Source: Eledone cirrhosa
Taxonomy: Eukaryota
Direction: 5' to 3'
Assembly: GCA_964016885.1 (NCBI GenBank)
Contig: OZ024755.1
Span: forward strand, 43,896,001-43,960,000
Length of the DNA: 64,000 nucleotides
Below, one piece after another: positions 1 to 15,300 of this stretch (position 1 is the first letter of the stretch; every line of letters starts with the position of its first letter). Below the pieces are notes generated by a model. The model did not search any database. It had not been told where the DNA came from and saw nothing but the letters and a program-made list of their open reading frames with translations. The position numbers and the translations under genes were made by a program.

Positions 1-2440
1 AAGTATACTGTGTACCACATTTGACAGTACCAACATATACTGTGTACCACAGTTGACAGTACCAACATATACTGTGTACCACTGTTGACTATACCAACAT
101 ATACCGTGTACCACATTTGACTGTACCAACATATACTGTGTACCACTGTTGACAGTACCAACATATACTGTGTACCACAGTTGACAGTACCAACATGTAC
201 CGTGTACCACAGTTGACAGTACCAACGTATACTGTGTATCACAGTTGACAATACAAACATATACTGTGTACCACAGTTGACAGTACCAACATATACTGTG
301 TACCACAGTTGACAGTACCAACGTATACTGTGTACCACAGTTGACAGTACCAACGTATACTGGGTACCACATTTGACAGTACCAACATATACTGTGTACC
401 ACAGTTGACAGTACCAACGTATAGTGTGTACCACAATTGACGATACCAACATATACTGTGTACCACAGTTGACAGTACCAACATATACTGTATACCACAG
501 TTGACACTACCGACATATACTGTGTACCACAGTTGACAATACCAACATATACTTTGTACCACGGTTGACAGTACCAACGTATACTGTGTACCACTGTTGA
601 CAATATCAACATATACTGTGTACCACAGTTGTCATTACCAACATATACAGTGTACCACAGTTGACAGTACCAACATATACTGTGTACCACAGTTGACAGT
701 ACCAACATATACTGTGTACCACAGTTGACAGTACCAACATGTACCGTGAACCACAGTTGACAGTACCAACGTATACTGTGTACCACAGTTGAATGTACCA
801 GAGTATAGTGTGTACCACACTTGACAGTCCCAACATATTCTGTATACCACAGTTGACAGTACCAACATATACTGTGTACCACTGTTGACAGTACCAACAT
901 ATACAGTGTACCACTGTTGACAGTACCAACATATACCGTGTACCACAGTTGACAGTACCAACATATACTGTGTACCACAGTTGAGACTACCAACATATAC
1001 TGGGTACGACTGTTGACAGTAACAACATATATTATGTACCACAGTTGACAGTACCAACATATACTGTGTACCACAGTTGACAGTACCAACGTATACTGTG
1101 TACCACAGTTGACAGTACCAACGTATACTGGGTACCACATTTGACACTACCAACATATACTGTGTACCACAGTTGACAGTACCAACGTATACTGTGTACC
1201 ACAGTTGACGATACCAACATATACTGTGTACCACAGTTGACAGTACCAACATATACTGTATACCACAGTTGACAGTACCGACATATACTGTGTACCACAG
1301 TTGACAATACCAACATATACTTTGTACCACGGTTGACAGTACCAACGTATACTGTGTACCACTGTTGACAATATCAACATATACTGTGTACCACAGTTGA
1401 CATTACCAACATATACAGTGTACCACAGTTGACAGTAGCAACATATACTGTGTACCACAGTTGACAGTACCAACATATACTGTGTACCACAGTTGACAGT
1501 ACCAACATATACTGTGTACCATAGTTGATAGTACCAACGTATATTGTGTACCACAGTTGAGAGTACCAACATACACCGTGTACGACAGTTGACAGTAAAA
1601 ACATATACCGTGTACCACAGTTGAGAGTACCAACATAAACTGTGTACCACAGTTGACAGTACCAACATATACTGTGTACCACAGTTGACAGTACCAACAT
1701 ATACTGTGTACCACAGTTGACAGTACCAACATATACTGTATACCACAGTTGACAGTACCAACATATACTGTGTACCACAGTTGACAGTACCAACATATAC
1801 TGTGTACCACAGTTGACAGTACCAACATATACTGTGTACCACAGTTGACAGTACTAACATATACTGTGTACTACAGTTGACAGTACCAACATATATTGTG
1901 TACCACAGTTGACAGTACCAACATATACTGTGTACCACAGTTGGCAGTACCAACATATAATGTGTACCTCAGTTGACAGTACCAACATATACTGTGTACC
2001 ACAGTTGACAGTACCAACGTATACTGTGTACCACAGTTGACAGTACCAACGTATACTGTGTACCACAGTTGACAGTACCAATATATACTGTGTAACACAG
2101 TTGACAATACCAACATATAATGTGTACCACAGTTGACAGTACCAACGTATACTGTGAACCACTGTTGGCAATACCAACATATACTGTGTACTACAGTTGA
2201 CAGAACCAACATATACAGTGTACCACGGTTGAGAGTACCAACATATACTGTGTACCACAGTTGACAGTACCAACATATACTGTGTACCACAGTTGACAGA
2301 ACCAACATGTACCGTGAACCACAGTTGACAGTACCAACGTATACTGTGTACCACAGTTGAGAGTACCAACGTATAGTGTGTACCACAGTTGACAGTACCA
2401 ACATATACTGTGTACCACAGTTGACAGTACCAACATATAC
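1..2440. repeat. Higher-order block, re-occurring at ~17957-18880 (first ~925 bp, offset 17956) and ~22943-25320 (offset 22913, then 22881)
   Basis: Diagnostic variant GAATGTACCAGAG at 791, 18747 and 23704. ORF-track twins 239..577/18195..18533/23152..23490 and 1147..1956/24028..24837. Boundaries approximate. Confidence 0.88.
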
Positions 2441-3300
2441 TGTATACCACAGTTGACAGTACCAACATATACTGTGTACCACTGTTGACAGTACCAACAT
2501 ATACTGTGTACCCTAGTTGACATTACCAACGTATATTGTGTACCATAGTTGACAGTAGCAACATGTACTGTGTACCACAGTTGACAGTAACAACGTATAC
2601 TGTGTACCACAGTTGACAGTACCAACGTATACTGTGTACCACAGTTGACAGTACCAACGTATACTGTGCACCACAGTTGACAGTACCAACATATACTGTG
2701 TACCACAGTTGACAATACCAACATATACTGTGTACCACAGTTGACAATACCAACACATATAGTGTACCACAGTTGACAGTACCAACGTATACTGTGTACC
2801 ACAGTTGCCAATGCCATCATATACTGTGTACCACAGTTGAGAGTACCAACATATACTGTGTACCACAGTTGAAAGTACCAACGTATACTGTGTACCACAG
2901 TTGACAGCACCAACATATACTGTGTATCACAGTTGACAATACCAACATATACTGTATACCACATTTGACAGTACCAACATATACTGTGTACCACAGTTGA
3001 CAGTACCAACATATACTGTGTACCACAGTTGACAGTACCAACATATACTGTATACCACAGTTGACAGTACCAACATATACTGTGTACCACTGTTGACAGT
3101 ACCAACATATACTGTGTACCCTAGTTGACATTACCAACGTATATTGTGTACCATAGTTGACAGTAGCAACATGTACTGTGTACCACAGTTGACAGTAACA
3201 ACGTATACTGTGTACCACAGTTGACAGTACCAACGTATACTGTGTACCACAGTTGACAGTACCAACGTATACTGTGCACCACAGTTGACAGTACCAACAT
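1941..3300. repeat. Higher-order block duplicated at ~10287-11650 (offset 8346 = 261 monomers minus 6 bp); includes the start of a 608-bp (19-monomer) tandem duplication
   Basis: ORF twins 2513..2881/10859..11227. CCCTAGTTGACATTACC variant at ~2511 and ~3119, and again at ~10857 and ~11465. Confidence 0.85.
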
Positions 3301-6300
3301 ATACTGTGTACCACAGTTGACAATACCAACACATATAGTGTACCACAGTTGACAGTACCAACGTATACTGTGTACCACAGTTGCCAATGCCAACATATAC
3401 TGTGTACCACAGTTGAGAGTACCAACATATAATGTGTACCACAGTTGACAGTACCAACATATACTGTGTACCACAGTTGACAGTACCAACATATACTGTG
3501 TACCACAGTTGACAGTACCAATGTATACTGTGTACCACAGTTGACAGTACCAACATATACTGTGTACCACAGTTGACAGTACCAACATATACTGTGTACC
3601 ATAGTTGACATTACCAACGTATATTGTGTTCCACAGTTGACAGTACCAACATGTACTGTGTACCACAGTTGACAGTACCAACGTATACTGTGTACCACAG
3701 TTGACAGTACCAACGTATACTGTGTACCACAGTTGACAGTACCAACATATAATGTGTACCACAGTTGACAGTACCATCATATACTGTGTACCACAGTTGA
3801 CAGTACCAACATATATTGTGTACCACAGTTGACAGTACCAACATATACTGTGTACCATAGTTGACATTACCAACGTATATTGTGTACCACAGTTGACAGT
3901 ACCAACATATCCTGTGTACCTCAGTTGACAGTACCATCATATACTGTATACCACAGTTGACAGTACCAACATATACTGTGTACCACTGTTGACAGTACCA
4001 ATATATACCGTGTACCACCGTTGACAGTACCAACATATACTGTGTACCACAGCTGACACTACCAACATATACTTGTACCTCAGTTGACAGTACTACCATA
4101 TATTGTGTACCACCGTTGACAATACCAACGTATACTGTGTACCACAGTTGACAGTACCAACGTATACTGTGCACCACAGTTGACAGTACCAACATATACT
4201 GTGTACCACAGTTGACAATACCAACATATACTGTGTACCACAGTTGACAATACCAACACATATAGTGTACCACAGTTGACAGTACCAACGTATATTGTGT
4301 ACCACAGTTGCCAATGCCAACATATACTGTGTACCGCAGTTGAGAGTACCAACATGTAACGTGTACCACAGTTGACAGTACCAACGTATACTGTGTACCA
4401 CAGTTGACAATACCAACATATACTGTGTACCACAGTTGACAGTACCAACATATACTGTGTACCACAGTTGACAGTACCAATGTATACTGTGTACCACAGT
4501 TGACAGTACCAACATATAGTGTGTACCACAGTTGACAGTACCAACATGTACAGTGTACCACAGTTGACAGTACCAACGTATACTGTGTACCACAGTTGAC
4601 AGTATCAACGTATACTGTGTACCACAGTTGACAGTACCAACATATAACGTGTACCACAGTTGGCAGTACCATCATATACTCTGTACCACAGTTGACAGTA
4701 CCAACGTATACTGTGCACCACAGTTGACAGTACCAACATATACTGTGTACCACAGTTGCGAGTACCAACATAAACTGTGTACCACAGTTGACAGTACCAA
4801 CATATACTGTGTACCACAGTTGACAGTACCAACATATACTGTATACCACAGTTGACAGTACCAACATATACTGTGTACCACAGTTGACAGTACCAACATA
4901 TACTGTGTACCTCAGTTAACAGTACCCACATATACTGTGTACCACAGTTGACAGTATAAACATATACTGTGTACCACAGTTGACAGTACCATCATATCCT
5001 TTGTACCACAGTTAACAGTACCAACATATACTGTGTACCACAGTTGACAGTACCAACGTATACTGTCTACCACAGTTGACAGTACCAACGTATACTGTTT
5101 ACCACAGTTGACAATACCAACATATACTGTGTACCAGAGTTGACAGTACCCACATATACTGTGTACCACAGTTGACAGTTCCAACATATAAGGTGTACCA
5201 CTGTTGATACTACCGACATATACTGTGTAGCACAGTTGACAGTACTAACATATACTGTGTACCACGGTTGAGAGTACCACCATATACTGGGTACCACTGT
5301 TGACAGTACCAACATATACTGTGTACCACAGTTGACAGTACCAACATATACTGTGTACCATAGTTGACAGTACCAACATATCCTGTGTACCTCAGTTGTC
5401 AGTACCAACATATACTGTATACCACAGTTGACAGTACCAACATATACTGTGTACCACTGTTGACAGTACCAACATATACCGTGTACCACAGTTGACAGTA
5501 CCAACATATACTGTGTACCACAGCTGACACTACCAACATATACTTGTACCTCAATTGACAGTACTACCATATATTGTGTACCACCGTTGACAATACCAAC
5601 GTATACTGTGTACCACAGTTGACAGTACCAACGTATACTGTGCACCACAGTTGACAGTACCAACATATACTGTGTACCACAGTTGACAATACCAACATAT
5701 ACTGTGTACCACAGTTGACAATACCAACACATATAGTGTACCACAGTTGACAGTACCAACGTATACTGTGTACCACAGTTGCGAATGCCAACATATACTG
5801 TGTACCACAGTTGAGAGTACCAACATGTACCGTGTACCACAGTTGACACTACCAACGTATACTGTGTACCACAGTTGACAATACCAACATATACTGTGTA
5901 CAACAGTTGACAGTACCAACATATACTGTGTACCACAGTTGAAAGTACCAACGTATACTGTGTACCACAGTTGACAACACCAACATATACTGTGTACCAC
6001 AGTTGACAGTACCAACATATACTGTATACCACAGTTGACAGTACCAACATATACTGTGTACCACAGTTGACAGTACCAACATATACTGTGTACCACAGTT
6101 GACAGTACCAACATATACTGTATACCACAGTTGACAGTACCAACATATACTGTGTACCACTGTTGACAGTACCAAAATATACCGTGTACCACAGTTGACA
6201 GTACCAACATATACTGTGTACCACAGCTGACACTACCAACATATACTTGTACCTCAGTTGACAGTATTACCATATATTGTGTACCACCGTTGACAATACC

Positions 6301-9300
6301 AACGTATACTGTGTACCACAGTTGACAGTACCAACGTATACTGTGCACCACAGTTGACAGTACCAAAATATACTGTGTACCACAGTTGACAATACCAACA
6401 TATACTGTGTACCACAGTTGACAATACCAACACATATAGTGTACCACAGTTGACAGTACCAACGTATACTGTGTACCACAGTTGCCAATGCCAACATATA
6501 CTGTGTACCACAGTTGAGAGTACCAACATATAATGTGTACCACAGTTGACAGTACCAACATATACTGTGTACCACAGTTGACAGTACCAACATATACTGT
6601 GTACCACAGTTGACAGTACCAATGTATACTGTGTACCACAGTTGACAGTACCAACATATACTGTGTACCACAGTTGACAGTACCAACATATACTGTGTAC
6701 CATAGTTGACATTACCAACGTATATTGTGTTCCACAGTTGACAGTACCAACATGTACTGTGTACCACAGTTGACAGTACCAACGTATACTGTGTACCACA
6801 GTTGACAGTACCAACGTATACTGTGTACCACAGTTGACAGTACCAACATATAATGTGTACCACAGTTGACAGTACCATCATATACTGTGTACCACAGTTG
6901 ACAGTACCAACATATATTGTGTACCACAGTTGACAGTACCAACATATACTGTGTACCATAGTTGACATTACCAACGTATATTGTGTACCACAGTTGACAG
7001 TACCAACATATCCTGTGTACCTCAGTTGACAGTACCATCATATACTGTATACCACAGTTGACAGTACCAACATATACTGTGTACCACTGTTGACAGTACC
7101 AATATATACCGTGTACCACCGTTGACAGTACCAACATATACTGTGTACCACAGCTGACACTACCAACATATACTTGTACCTCAGTTGACAGTACTACCAT
7201 ATATTGTGTACCACCGTTGACAATACCAACGTATACTGTGTACCACAGTTGACAGTACCAACGTATACTGTGCACCACAGTTGACAGTACCAACATATAC
7301 TGTGTACCACAGTTGACAATACCAACATATACTGTGTACCACAGTTGACAATACCAACACATATAGTGTACCACAGTTGACAGTACCAACGTATATTGTG
7401 TACCACAGTTGCCAATGCCAACATATACTGTGTACCACAGTTGAGAGTACCAACATGTAACGTGTACCACAGTTGACAGTACCAACGTATACTGTGTACC
7501 ACAGTTGACAATACCAACATATACTGTGTACCACAGTTGACAGTACCAACATATACTGTGTACCACAGTTGACAGTACCAATGTATACTGTGTACCACAG
7601 TTGACAGTACCAACATATAGTGTGTACCACAGTTGACAGTACCAACATGTACAGTGTACCACAGTTGACAGTACCAACGTATACTGTGTACCACAGTTGA
7701 CAGTATCAACGTATACTGTGTACCACAGTTGACAGTACCAACATATAACGTGTACCACAGTTGGCAGTACCATCATATACTCTGTACCACAGTTGACAGT
7801 ACCAACATATATCGTGTACCACAGTTGACAGTACCAACATATACTGTGTACCATAGTTGACATTACCAACGTATATTGTGTACCACAGTTGACAGTACCA
7901 ACATACACCGTGTACAACAGTTGACAGTACCAACATATACTGTGTACCACAGTTGCGAGTACCAACATAAACTGTGTACCACAGTTGACAGTACCAACAT
8001 ATACTGTGTACCACAGTTGACAGTACCAACATATACTGTATACCACAGTTGACAGTACCAACATATACTGTGTACCACAGTTGACAGTACCAACATATAC
8101 TGTGTACCTCAGTTAACAGTACCCACATATACTGTGTACCACAGTTGACAGTATAAACATATACTGTGTACCACAGTTGACAGTACCATCATATACTTTG
8201 TACCACAGTTAACAGTACCAACATATACTGTGTACCACAGTTGACAGTACCAACGTATACTGTCTACCACAGTTGACAGTACCAACGTATACTGTTTACC
8301 ACAGTTGACAATACCAACATATACTGTGTACCAGAGTTGACAGTACCCACATATACTGTGTACCACAGTTGACAGTTCCAACATATAAGGTGTACCACTG
8401 TTGATACTACCGACATATACTGTGTAGCACAGTTGACAGTACTAACATATACTGTGTACCACGGTTGAGAGTACCACCATATACTGGGTACCACTGTTGA
8501 CAGTACCAACATATACTGTGTACCACAGTTGACAGTACCAACATATACTGTGTACCAAAGTTGACAGTACCAACATATCCTGTGTACCTCAGTTGTCAGT
8601 ACCAACATATACTGTATACCACAGTTGACAGTACCAACATATACTGTGTACCACTGTTGACAGTACCAACATATACCGTGTACCACAGTTGACAGTACCA
8701 ACATATACTGTGTACCACAGCTGACACTACCAACATATACTTGTACCTCAATTGACAGTACTACCATATATTGTGTACCACCGTTGACAATACCAACGTA
8801 TACTGTGTACCACAGTTGACAGTACCAACGTATACTGTGCACCACAGTTGACAGTACCAACATATACTGTGTACCACAGTTGACAATACCAACATATACT
8901 GTGTACCACAGTTGACAATACCAACACATATAGTGTACCACAGTTGACAGTACCAACGTATACTGTGTACCACAGTTGCGAATGCCAACATATACTGTGT
9001 ACCACAGTTGAGAGTACCAACATGTACCGTGTACCACAGTTGACACTACCAACGTATACTGTGTACCACAGTTGACAATACCAACATATACTGTGTACAA
9101 CAGTTGACAGTACCAACATATACTGTGTACCACAGTTGAAAGTACCAACGTATACTGTGTACCACAGTTGACAACACCAACATATACTGTGTACCACAGT
9201 TGACAGTACCAACATATACTGTATACCACAGTTGACAGTACCAACATATACTGTGTACCACAGTTGACAGTACCAACATATACTGTGTACCACAGTTGAC

Positions 9301-10287
9301 AGTACCAACATATACTGTATACCACAGTTGACAGTACCAACATATACTGTGTACCACTGTTGACAGTACCAAAATATACCGTGTACCACAGTTGACAGTA
9401 CCAACATATACTGTGTACCACAGCTGACACTACCAACTTATACTTGTACCTCAGTTGACAATATTACCATATATTGTGTACCACCGTTGACAATACCAAC
9501 GTATACTGTGTACCACAGTTGACATTACCAACGTATACTGTGCACCACAGTTGACAGTACCAAAATATACTGTGTACCACAGTTGACAATACCAACATAT
9601 ACTGTGTACCACAGTTGACAATACCAACACATATAGTGTACCACAGTTGACAGTACCAACGTATACTGTGTACCACAGTTGCCAATGCCAACATATACTG
9701 TGTACCACAGTTGAGAGTACCAACATATAATGTGTACCACAGTTGACAGTACCAACATATACTGTGTACCACAGTTGACAGTACCAACATATACTGTGTA
9801 CCACAGTTGACAGTACCAATGTATACTGTGTACCACAGTTGACAGTACCAACATATACTGTGTACCACAGTTGACAGTACCAACATATACTGTGTACCAT
9901 AGTTGACATTACCAACGTATATTGTGTTCCACAGTTGACAGTACCAACATGTACTGTGTACCACAGTTGACAGTACCAACGTATACTGTGTACCACAGTT
10001 GACAGTACCAACGTATACTGTGTACCACAGTTGACAGTACCAACATATAATGTGTACCACAGTTGACAGTACCATCATATACTGTGTACCACAGTTGACA
10101 GTACCAACATATATTGTGTACCACAGTTGACAGTACCAACATATACTGTGTACCATAGTTGACATTACCAACGTATATTGTGTACCACAGTTGACAGTAC
10201 CAACATATCCTGTGTACCTCAGTTGACAGTACCATCATATACTGTATACCACAGTTGACAGTACCAACATATACTGTGTACCACTGT
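3300..10287. repeat. Tandem higher-order repeat of 3101/3197 bp (97 or 100 monomers, three of them 31 bp), about 2.2 copies
   Basis: ORF twins 4080..4547/7181..7648 (offset 3101), 4912..5187/8109..8384 and 6254..6814/9451..10011 (offset 3197 = 100x32-3). The 31-bp monomers lie at 4071, 5542, 6245, 7172, 8739 and 9442. Confidence 0.9.
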
Positions 10288-12309
10288 TGGCAGTACCAAC
10301 ATATAATGTGTACCTCAGTTGACAGTACCAACATATACTGTGTACCACAGTTGACAGTACCAACGTATACTGTGTACCACAGTTGACAGTACCAACGTAT
10401 ACTGTGTACCACAGTTGACAGTACCAATATATACTGTGTAACACAGTTGACAATACCAACATATAATGTGTACCACAGTTGACAGTACCAACGTATACTG
10501 TGAACCACTGTTGGCAATACCAACATATACTGTGTACTACAGTTGACAGAACCAACATATACAGTGTACCACGGTTGAGAGTACCAACATATACTGTGTA
10601 CCACAGTTGACAGTACCAACATATACTGTGTACCACAGTTGACAGAACCAACATGTACCGTGAACCACAGTTGACAGTACCAACGTATACTGTGTACCAC
10701 AGTTGAGAGTACCAACGTATAGTGTGTACCACAGTTGACAGTACCAACATATACTGTGTACCACAGATGACAGTACCAACATATACTGTATACCACAGTT
10801 GACAGTACCAACATATACTGTGTACCACTGTTGACAGTACCAACATATACTGTGTACCCTAGTTGACATTACCAACGTATATTGTGTACCATAGTTGACA
10901 GTAGCAACATGTACTGATTACCACAGTTGACAGTAACAACGTATACTGTGTACCACAGTTGACAGTACCAACGTATACTGTGTACCACAGTTGACAGTAC
11001 CAACGTATACTGTGCACCACAGTTGACAGTACCAACATATACTGTGTACCACAGTTGACAATACCAACATATACTGTGTACCACAGTTGACAATACCAAC
11101 ACATATAGTGTACCACAGTTGACAGTACCAACGTATACTGTGTACCACAGTTGCCAATGCCATCATATACTGTGTACCACAGTTGAGAGTACCAACATAT
11201 ACTGTGTACCACAGTTGAAAGTACCAACGTATACTGTGTACCACAGTTGACAGCACCAACATATACTGTGTATCACAGTTGACAATACCAACATATACTG
11301 TATACCACATTTGACAGTACCAACATATACTGTGTACCACAGTTGACAGTACCAACATATACTGTGTACCACAGTTGACAGTACCAACATATACTGTATA
11401 CCACAGTTGACAGTACCAACATATACTGTGTACCACTGTTGACAGTACCAACATATACTGTGTACCCTAGTTGACATTACCAACGTATATTGTGTACCAT
11501 AGTTGACAGTAGCAACATGTACTGTGTACCACAGTTGACAGTAACAACGTATACTGTGTACCACAGTTGACAGTACCAACGTATACTGTGTACCACAGTT
11601 GACAGTACCAACGTATACTGTGCACCACAGTTGACAGTACCAACATATACTGTGTACCACAGTTGACAATACCAACATATACTGTGTACCACAGTTGACA
11701 ATACCAACACATATAGTGTACCACAGTTGACAGTACCAACGTATACTGTGTACCACAGTTGCCAATGCCATCATATACTGTGTACCACAGTTGAGAGTAA
11801 CAACATATACTGTGTACCACAGTTGACAGTACCAACATATACTGTGTACCACAGTTGACAGTACCAACATATACTGTGTACCACAGTTGACAGTACCAAT
11901 GTATACTGTGTACCACAGTTGACAGTACCAACATATAGTGTGTACCACAGTTGACAGTACCAACATATACTGTGTACCCTAGTTGACATTACCAACGTAT
12001 ATTGTGTACCACAGTTGACAGTACCAACATGTACAGTGTACCACAGTTGACAGTACCAACGTATACTGTGTACCACAGTTGACAGTATCAACGTATACTG
12101 TGTACCACAGTTGACAGTACCAACATATAACGTGTACCACAGTTGGCAGTACCATCATATACTCTGTACCACAGTTGACAGTACCAACATATATCGTGTA
12201 CCACAGTTGACAGTACCAACATATACTGTGTACCATAGTTGACATTACCAACGTATATTGTGTACCACAGTTGACAGTACCAACATACACCGTGTACAAC
12301 AGTTGACAG

Positions 12310-15300
12310 TACCAACATATACTGTGTACCACAGTTGCGAGTACCAACATAAACTGTGTACCACAGTTGACAGTACCAACATATACTGTGTACCACAGTT
12401 GACAGTACCAACATATACTGTATACCACAGTTGACAGTACCAACATATACTGTGTACCACAGTTGACAGTACCAACATATACTGTGTACCTCAGTTAACA
12501 GTACCCACATATACTGTGTACCACAGTTGACAGTATAAACATATACTGTGTACCACAGTTGACAGTACCATCATATACTTTGTACCACAGTTAACAGTAC
12601 CAACATATACTGTGTACCACAGTTGACAGTACCAACGTATACTGTCTACCACAGTTGACAGTACCAACGTATACTGTTTACCACAGTTGACAATACCAAC
12701 ATATACTGTGTACCAGAGTTGACAGTACCCACATATACTGTGTACCACAGTTGACAGTTCCAACATATAAGGTGTACCACTGTTGATACTACCGACATAT
12801 ACTGTGTAGCACAGTTGACAGTACTAACATATACTGTGTACCACGGTTGAGAGTACCACCATATACTGGGTACCACTGTTGACAGTACCAACATATACTG
12901 TGTACCACAGTTGACAGTACCAACATATACTGTGTACCATAGTTGACAGTACCAACATATCCTGTGTACCTCAGTTGTCAGTACCAACATATACTGTATA
13001 CCACAGTTGACAGTACCAACATATACTGTGTACCACTGTTGACAGTACCAACATATACCGTGTACCACAGTTGACAGTACCAACATATACTGTGTACCAC
13101 AGCTGACACTACCAACATATACTTGTACCTCAATTGACAGTACTACCATATATTGTGTACCACCGTTGACAATACCAACGTATACTGTGTACCACAGTTG
13201 ACAGTACCAACGTATACTGTGCACCACAGTTTACAGTACCAACATATACTGTGTACCACAGTTGACAATACCAACATATACTGTGTACCACAGTTGACAA
13301 TACCAACACATATAGTGTACCACAGTTGACAGTACCAACGTATACTGTGTACCACAGTTGCGAATGCCAACATATACTGTGTACCACAGTTGAGAGTACC
13401 AACATGTACCGTGTACCACAGTTGACACTACCAACGTATACTGTGTACCACAGTTGACAATACCAACATATACTGTGTACAACAGTTGACAGTACCAACA
13501 TATACTGTGTACCACAGTTGAAAGTACCAACGTATACTGTGTACCACAGTTGACAACACCAACATATACTGTGTACCACAGTTGACAGTACCAACATATA
13601 CTGTATACCACAGTTGACAGTACCAACATATACTGTGTACCACAGTTGACAGTACCAACATATACTGTGTACCACAGTTGACAGTACCAACATATACTGT
13701 ATACCACAGTTGACAGTACCAACATATACTGTGTACCACTGTTGACAGTACCAAAATATACCGTGTACCACAGTTGACAGTACCAACATATACTGTGTAC
13801 CACAGCTGACACTACCAACATATACTTGTACCTCAGTTGACAGTATTACCATATATTGTGTACCACCGTTGACAATACCAACGTATACTGTGTACCACAG
13901 TTGACAGTACCAACGTATACTGTGCACCACAGTTGACAGTACCAAAATATACTGTGTACCACAGTTGACAATACCAACATATACTGTGTACCACAGTTGA
14001 CAATACCAACACATATAGTGTACCACAGTTGACAGTACCAACGTATACTGTGTACCACAGTTGCCAATGCCAACATATACTGTGTACCACAGTTGAGAGT
14101 ACCAACATATAATGTGTACCACAGTTGACAGTACCAACATATACTGTGTACCACAGTTGACAGTACCAACATATACTGTGTACCACAGTTGACAGTACCA
14201 ATGTATACTGTGTACCACAGTTGACAGTACCAACATATACTGTGTACCACAGTTGACAGTACCAACATATACTGTGTACCATAGTTGACATTACCAACGT
14301 ATATTGTGTTCCACAGTTGACAGTACCAACATGTACTGTGTACCACAGTTGACAGTACCAACGTATACTGTGTACCACAGTTGACAGTACCAACGTATAC
14401 TGTGTACCACAGTTGACAGTACCAACATATAATGTGTACCACAGTTGACAGTACCATCATATACTGTGTACCACAGTTGACAGTACCAACATATATTGTG
14501 TACCACAGTTGACAGTACCAACATATACTGTGTACCATAGTTGACATTACCAACGTATATTGTGTACCACAGTTGACAGTACCAACATATCCTGTGTACC
14601 TCAGTTGACAGTACCATCATATACTGTATACCACAGTTGACAGTACCAACATATACTGTGTACCACTGTTGACAGTACCAATATATACCGTGTACCACCG
14701 TTGACAGTACCAACATATACTGTGTACCACAGCTGACACTACCATCATATACTTGTACCTCAGTTGACAGTACTACCATATATTGTGTACCACCGTTGAC
14801 AATACCAACGTATACTGTGTACCACAGTTGACAGTACCAACGTATACTGTGCACCACAGTTGACAGTACCAACATATACTGTGTACCACAGTTGACAATA
14901 CCAACATATACTGTGTACCACAGTTGACAATACCAACACATATAGTGTACCACAGTTGACAGTACCAACGTATATTGTGTACCACAGTTGCCAATGCCAA
15001 CATATACTGTGTACCACAGTTGAGAGTACCAACATGTAACGTGTACCACAGTTGACAGTACCAACGTATACTGTGTACCACAGTTGACAATACCAACATA
15101 TACTGTGTACCACAGTTGACAGTACCAACATATACTGTGTACCACAGTTGACAGTACCAATGTATACTGTGTACCACAGTTGACAGTACCAACATATAGT
15201 GTGTACCACAGTTGACAGTACCAACATGTACAGTGTACCACAGTTGACAGTACCAACGTATACTGTGTACCACAGTTGACAGTATCAACGTATACTGTGT

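Noticed and set aside
50-62. Transcription-factor motifs in the monomer (CAGTTG E-box/Myb-like, TGACAG TALE-like, GTAC)
   Set aside because: Matches of 4-6 bp are expected by chance in any 32-mer and the organism is unknown, so I cannot support them as regulatory sites.
53-73. Sigma70-like promoter (TTGACA ... TATACT) in each monomer
   Set aside because: The spacer is 9 bp (or 41 bp to the next monomer), not 16-18 bp, and there is no downstream gene.
4628-4855. Plus-strand ORFs (4628..4855 and 29268..29468)
   Set aside because: They exist only because variants such as TTGG, TTGC, TAGA or TTCA remove the periodic TGA locally.
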